A stretch of 31,763 bases of DNA from Candidatus Heimdallarchaeota archaeon (GTDB lineage: Archaea > Asgardarchaeota > Heimdallarchaeia > Heimdallarchaeales > Heimdallarchaeaceae), in assembly GCA_030668825.1 (NCBI GenBank), contig DAOVET010000026.1, positions 1 through 31,763 on the forward strand, read 5' to 3'. The notes under the pieces are model-generated. The model was not told where the DNA came from, searched no databases, and saw nothing but the letters and a program-made list of their open reading frames with translations. The position numbers were made by a program, and so were the translations under genes. Positions 27,332-31,763 of the stretch are shown here, piece after piece. Each line of letters opens with the position of its first letter. Position 1 is the first letter of the stretch.

Positions 27332-27784
27332 TTAATAATCTCTTATTTCTTGAATTCGTACTCCTTCTTTTGCTTTCCTTTCTTCTTCTTCAAGGAACTT
27401 ATCAAATCCCTCTTTCTTAATGAAATCAACTAGATTAAATAGATAGGAATATCTATTCCTTTGATAATCTGTATGTGGACAATTAGTAAATTCATCACAA
27501 ATAAGACAATTATCTAAAATATTTTGTTGAATCTTTTCACACTTCTTAACATCACACCAACCCTCTATTGAATTTCGACATCCTGGGCAAGTTGAATTTG
27601 TAAACCATTCTAAACCTTGAAGAAAATTATCATAATCAAAAGAATCCTCTGCATCCTTTAACCAGGAATAGTCTTGAACAATCCAATGCTTAAATTTTGT
27701 AGCAAAATCTGCGGTTTCACCTGTAAATGCTCTACATTGACCGCAATATACTCCGCAACGACCTAATTTTTGATCAAGAGACAT
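27332..27784 (-). CDS. DUF3795 family Cys-rich (Fe-S or Zn-binding) protein
   Basis: CGVYCGQC, CPGC, CDVKKC, CLICDEFTNC pattern. Confidence 0.85.
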   Translation of the reverse strand: MSLDQKLGRCGVYCGQCRAFTGETADFATKFKHWIVQDYSWLKDAEDSFDYDNFLQGLEWFTNSTCPGCRNSIEGWCDVKKCEKIQQNILDNCLICDEFTNCPHTDYQRNRYSYLFNLVDFIKKEGFDKFLEEEERKAKEGVRIQEIRDY

Positions 27785-28140
27785 AGCTTAACATCATGAT
27801 TTTATTATATAAATAATAAGGTGAATTTAGGACAATAATTTTCTCATATCCTCCAATTTAGGGTCATCACCATAAGTTTCAAAACATTACACTGATTCAT
27901 AGCTTCTATCTCTTCTAGTGTAGTAATCCTCATCTTCTTTTCAGCAGATACTTTAAAAATATAAAAATGTTTAAAACATTATACAAGGAAAATGAAGTGA
28001 TAATCGCGCGCTCGAAATCAATTGTTTCCCTTAATAATTAGTGAGACATCACCTAAATCGATACATTTGATCCAAAAAAGACATCTGAAAATATTGCGCG
28101 AACTCTAAAGATCTAAAAATCTAGCAAGTAAAGCTAGTTA

Positions 28141-28227
28141 TTGGGATACAGTGAATTTATGAAGAAATCAAAACTTAGAAAAAAAGGGTGGTTGTTGGGA
28201 TACAGTGATTTTACAGAATATTCAAAA
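28141..28227 (+). repeat. degenerate direct repeat with 54-bp period at the 5' end of the methyltransferase
   Basis: 28141-28173 versus 28195-28227: 26/33 identical, first 14 nt (TTGGGATACAGTGA) exact. Confidence 0.75.
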
Positions 28228-29076
28228 AATAGAAGAGACGAAGACAGTTTGGATCTTGAAATTTATGTAAAAGGATTTGGTTTAAAATCTCTTCATCAAG
28301 GACTTTGGCAGAAGGGGCAACCTGTGACTCTTGATGAGCTGTCAAAAGCTCAAAAGAACTACACCATAAAGTTAATTGACATGTTTCCGGAAGAAGTTGA
28401 AACTGTTCTAGATGTCGGGGCAGGTGTTGGAGATAATGCTATTTATATGGCAGATAAAGGTATGAAAGTTACATGTATATCCCCTTCTCCGAGCCAAGAG
28501 AATTACTTTGCAGAGAACATTCTGCCAGAATACGAAAATGTAACTTTTATCCGAAGTAGATTTGAGGATCTTGAGATCAACGAAAAATTCGATGTAGTAT
28601 TAATGAGTGAATCAAGCAACTACTTCCCCATGGAGAATGGTCTTGACCAAATAATTAGGTATTTGAAAAGAGGTGGTTACTTAGTCATGGGATCTCATTT
28701 TCGAAAGGATAGTCGAAGAGCATTCAAGGAAATGCATGTTCATGAATCTTACTTAGAAAGTGCAAAAAAAAGAGGTTTGATTCTAGTGGAAGACATTGAT
28801 GTAACCAGTCAAGTGATTCAAACAATGGAATTGTATCATAATATTTACAAATATATCCCACCATTTACAGAGGTACTAATTGATTTTTACAAGAAATCTT
28901 TTAGGAAAAAGTATAGGATTATTTCCAAACTAGTTTCTATGTTTTTCAACAAGGAGCTTGATATGGCAAAAGAAATGTTGTTTGAAGTTGGACCACGTAG
29001 AACTGATCCAAAGCTGTTCCTTGAATACCTTACATACAGATTTATAGCTTTTAAGAAAGGAATGGTTTCCCAGTAG
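28141..29076 (+). CDS. class I SAM-dependent methyltransferase (small-molecule or lipid type)
   Basis: SLHQGLW, motif I VLDVGAGVG, ISPSPSQ, FDVVLMSES, LKRGGYLV. The start may be the second TTG at 28195. Confidence 0.88.
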   Translation: MGYSEFMKKSKLRKKGWLLGYSDFTEYSKNRRDEDSLDLEIYVKGFGLKSLHQGLWQKGQPVTLDELSKAQKNYTIKLIDMFPEEVETVLDVGAGVGDNAIYMADKGMKVTCISPSPSQENYFAENILPEYENVTFIRSRFEDLEINEKFDVVLMSESSNYFPMENGLDQIIRYLKRGGYLVMGSHFRKDSRRAFKEMHVHESYLESAKKRGLILVEDIDVTSQVIQTMELYHNIYKYIPPFTEVLIDFYKKSFRKKYRIISKLVSMFFNKELDMAKEMLFEVGPRRTDPKLFLEYLTYRFIAFKKGMVSQ

Positions 29077-29402
29077 AAGTTTGTTAAATCCATCGCTTTA
29101 GAAAGAGTGAAAATATCCAAATTATCAATTAAAGACATAATTGTACTAATTCTTTCTTTTTCTTTTTTTGAATAACTATTATGTACTTTTTCCACGAAAA
29201 AGAGTAGCGTAATAGTAGCGACCAACTCTTAAATAGTTCTAATTATATTAATTTTAGTATATAATCTGTTTAATTCCTGGGTGTAAGAATGAATAATGAT
29301 GGCTCTGCTGGTTCTGTAGATTTTATCCATTACCAACTAATCCACTATGAAACCATCAAAATTCTCCTAAACCTTTTTATTTTTTGAATTATATGTGAAA
29401 TT

Positions 29403-30950
29403 ATGAAGAAATCTCCCTCTTTTCTTCTATTTTTAACATTATTAGTCTGTCCCTTTTTCGTTCCAATAATTCATCAAGCTGATACTAGTCCCCTACTTGT
29501 TGACTATATCTTCTGTAACGGAAATATAATCACTATTGATGAGAACAATCCTCTAGTCCAAGCAATTGCTATTAAGGATGGTTTAATCGTAGGTTTAGGA
29601 AGTACTGAAACAATTCTACAGAACTATGCAACTGAAAATGAAACTACTTATGACTTAGATGGTCGAACTATCATGCCTGGAATTATTGACGGTCATTCAC
29701 ACTACATGGCTTCGCTATTTTGGATAGGTGAAACTGAAACAATCTATGACTCTCAAAACATTGCTCTCGCTAATGGTTATACTGCTTTAAACGAGAAAAG
29801 TATAGATATTGGAGAATTTACATGGCTTCAATCAGCTGAACAAAATGGTACTCTTCGTCTTCGAGTCAATGCTTTCCTCATCTACAATTTTGCTTGGCTA
29901 GAAAATAATGAAACAGTTCTTGTTGGTTGTTGGGAACCAGATGTAGTTCCAGTTTTAGATCATGATCGCAAGTTTCGCGTTCCTGGATTCAAAATCTATT
30001 TAGATGGAGCTTACGGACACAGAGGTTTTCCAGCAATGAGTGATCCCTATACACAGGAAATGATGGATTTATGGGGAATTATCAATCCTTATGGGGATCT
30101 TTATTTTAATCAATCAGAATTGAAATCAATAGTAGATTCTATTCATGATAGAGGGTTTAGTGTAGCTGTTCATGCGATGGGTGATAGAGCAACTGAAACT
30201 ATCCTAAATGCAATAGAATATGCACTGAATGGGACAGATAATGATAATGCAAGACATCAGATTGAGCACAATAGTTTCATCAGAGAAGATCAAATCGTTA
30301 AAGCTTTATCACTTAATACTATTCATTCTGTTAGAGGTTACTTCCCAACTTATTGGCAGCAAGAATATGCAGATCTTTACAGTTCCATATGGATGGAAAG
30401 GACAGTAAACAGATACTCTCTGCCTGGAGAAGGTCTTCATTCTTATCTAGAAACTGATTTTGGTTTTCTTCATGGTTATGATGAAGATAATTGGAGTAAA
30501 TCAGCTAATATCAGACCTTTCCTACACCTATGGGGTTTGGTTACTAGAAAAGCCATTGATGAAAATGGAACTATCCATACACCTGATCCTTGGGTAGCTG
30601 AACATGAAATTTCAGTTGAAATGGCACTAAGAATGATGACTATAGAAGGAGCTTATGCAGTAAAACAAGAGGATTATATTGGTTCTTTAGAAGTTGGAAA
30701 GTATGCAGATTTGATAGTTATAGATGATGACCCTTTAACTATGAATCCTGAAAACCTTAAGGATATCAATGTTTTACTTACAATGGTAGATGGAAAGATA
30801 GAATTTCAGTGGGCTAGTCACACATTTCCAACACCATGCACTAGTGGAACATCAAGGACAGATTCACCATTTTGGGTTACAATTATGTTATTATCAGGTT
30901 TTCTAATTGCTATTTGTATAAAAAAAAGAAAAAAAGATAATTCATATTGA
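29403..30950 (+). CDS. secreted amidohydrolase (Amidohydro_3/YtcJ-like) with C-terminal TM anchor
   Basis: NGNIITID, DLDGRTIMPGIIDGHSH, KIYLDG, VHAMGDRA, RHQIEH, GSLEVGKYADLIV; signal peptide; C-terminal TM and KKRKK. Confidence 0.9.
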   Translation: MKKSPSFLLFLTLLVCPFFVPIIHQADTSPLLVDYIFCNGNIITIDENNPLVQAIAIKDGLIVGLGSTETILQNYATENETTYDLDGRTIMPGIIDGHSHYMASLFWIGETETIYDSQNIALANGYTALNEKSIDIGEFTWLQSAEQNGTLRLRVNAFLIYNFAWLENNETVLVGCWEPDVVPVLDHDRKFRVPGFKIYLDGAYGHRGFPAMSDPYTQEMMDLWGIINPYGDLYFNQSELKSIVDSIHDRGFSVAVHAMGDRATETILNAIEYALNGTDNDNARHQIEHNSFIREDQIVKALSLNTIHSVRGYFPTYWQQEYADLYSSIWMERTVNRYSLPGEGLHSYLETDFGFLHGYDEDNWSKSANIRPFLHLWGLVTRKAIDENGTIHTPDPWVAEHEISVEMALRMMTIEGAYAVKQEDYIGSLEVGKYADLIVIDDDPLTMNPENLKDINVLLTMVDGKIEFQWASHTFPTPCTSGTSRTDSPFWVTIMLLSGFLIAICIKKRKKDNSY

Positions 30951-31091
30951 TATCATCAACACAAGAAATCCATACAGTAATGAATACATATTTCTTCCAA
31001 GGATTTCTATAAAAGATTAACTGAAATTAGCTTAGAATTTCTTTCGATTACTCTACCTAAAGTATTTAAGATACTTTAACACTTTGAAATC

Positions 31092-31310
31092 ATGTCACAA
31101 AATGCAGAAAAGGAATATGTCGATAATTTATCCAAGCTAATAATTGCAATTTTTTCACTTTTTGGTATCTTATGTTTGCTCGCAAGTCTTATTATGGTTG
31201 CAAATCTCGCAATGCAAGCAATAGCAGTTGCTGTAATTGCGGCAATATTCTTGATCATAGCTACTATAAAATCATTTGAAAGAAGAATTATGAAACATTT
31301 AGATGGGTAG
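31092..31310 (+). CDS. small two-TM membrane protein, hypothetical
   Basis: ATG start, two hydrophobic helices, charged termini, TATA-like tatttaag about 25 nt upstream, same strand as its neighbours. Confidence 0.6.
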   Translation: MSQNAEKEYVDNLSKLIIAIFSLFGILCLLASLIMVANLAMQAIAVAVIAAIFLIIATIKSFERRIMKHLDG

Positions 31311-31368
31311 AATTTAATAAGAAAAATGACAGAAAACACTTAAAAATTGCTAATTGATTTTGTGGGGT

Positions 31369-31763
31369 ATGTATGAAAACGCTGAATTAAATCAAACCTT
31401 GGAACTCCGTGATGGCAGAAAGTTAGGTTTTGCTGAGTTTGGAGATTTAAAAGGTATACCTATTTTTCATTTTCACGGTCATCCTGGTTCTCGTTACGAA
31501 GTTTTTCTTCATGGAGACAAACCAACTAAGCTTAGTCTACACGTGATAGCTGTTGAACGACCAGGAATTGGACTTTCTGATTTCCAACCAAGACGTAAGC
31601 TCTTGGATTGGCCTGATGATATAATCGAACTTGCAGATCATCTAGGAATTGAGAAATTCATTGTTGAGGGAATATCTGGAGGTGGTCCTTATGCTGCAGC
31701 CTGTGCTTATAAAATTCCTCATAGGTTAGAATGTTGTGCTATTGTTGGAGGAATGGGACCAAT
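31369..31763 (+). CDS. alpha/beta hydrolase (3'-truncated by window; absent from the ORF track)
   Basis: Manual translation: MYENAELNQTLELRDGRKLGFAEFGDLKGIPIFHFHGHPGSR...ERPGIGLSD...VEGISGGGPYAAACA..., with a GxSxG elbow. Open to the end of the window. Confidence 0.9.
   Translation, partial: MYENAELNQTLELRDGRKLGFAEFGDLKGIPIFHFHGHPGSRYEVFLHGDKPTKLSLHVIAVERPGIGLSDFQPRRKLLDWPDDIIELADHLGIEKFIVEGISGGGPYAAACAYKIPHRLECCAIVGGMGP

Noticed and set aside
27826-27945. Possible frameshifted gene remnant on the minus strand (MRITTLEEIEAMNQ.../FETYGDDPKLEDMRKLLS*)
   Set aside because: Looks protein-like but is too short and matches no family I can recognise. A tblastx search would be needed.
28887-29225. 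112-aa minus-strand ORF
   Set aside because: Overlaps the methyltransferase 3' end by 190 nt, crosses a T-rich terminator-like tract, and has no recognisable motif.
31076-31339. 87-aa minus-strand ORF
   Set aside because: Antisense to the more plausible two-TM plus-strand ORF 31092-31310.
1-31763. CRISPR array, tRNA/rRNA, IS elements or integrase
   Set aside because: No regularly spaced repeats, GC-rich structured RNA segments, transposase or recombinase ORFs, or terminal inverted repeats were found by eye.

Overview
AT-rich archaeal chromosomal window. The archaeal-type pantoate kinase/phosphopantothenate synthetase route to CoA, oligo-T terminators and C-terminally anchored secreted proteins rich in N-glycosylation sequons suggest an Asgard archaeon, probably Heimdallarchaeia; the taxonomy is inference. 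In order it holds: a 5'-truncated DASS transporter, an MMPL/RND gene broken by one in-frame TAA, an S9 peptidase, an HpyAIV/HinfI-like (GANTC) type II R-M pair, a NUDIX hydrolase, and a five-gene CoA cluster (coaBC, panE, pok, panB, pps) interleaved with ferritin and a GDCCVxC Cys-rich protein. After these come tandem alpha/beta hydrolases, a membrane-anchored wHTH regulator with an inverted repeat and a secreted partner gene, a sulfotransferase, further hydrolases, a large CoA-dehydratase activase, DUF3795, a SAM methyltransferase, a secreted amidohydrolase and a 3'-truncated hydrolase. No rRNA, tRNA, CRISPR array or transposase was seen. The best candidate for an undescribed system is the transmembrane one-component regulator/operator/surface-protein module at 16.8-19.0 kb. 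All family calls come from motif recognition by eye, not database searches.
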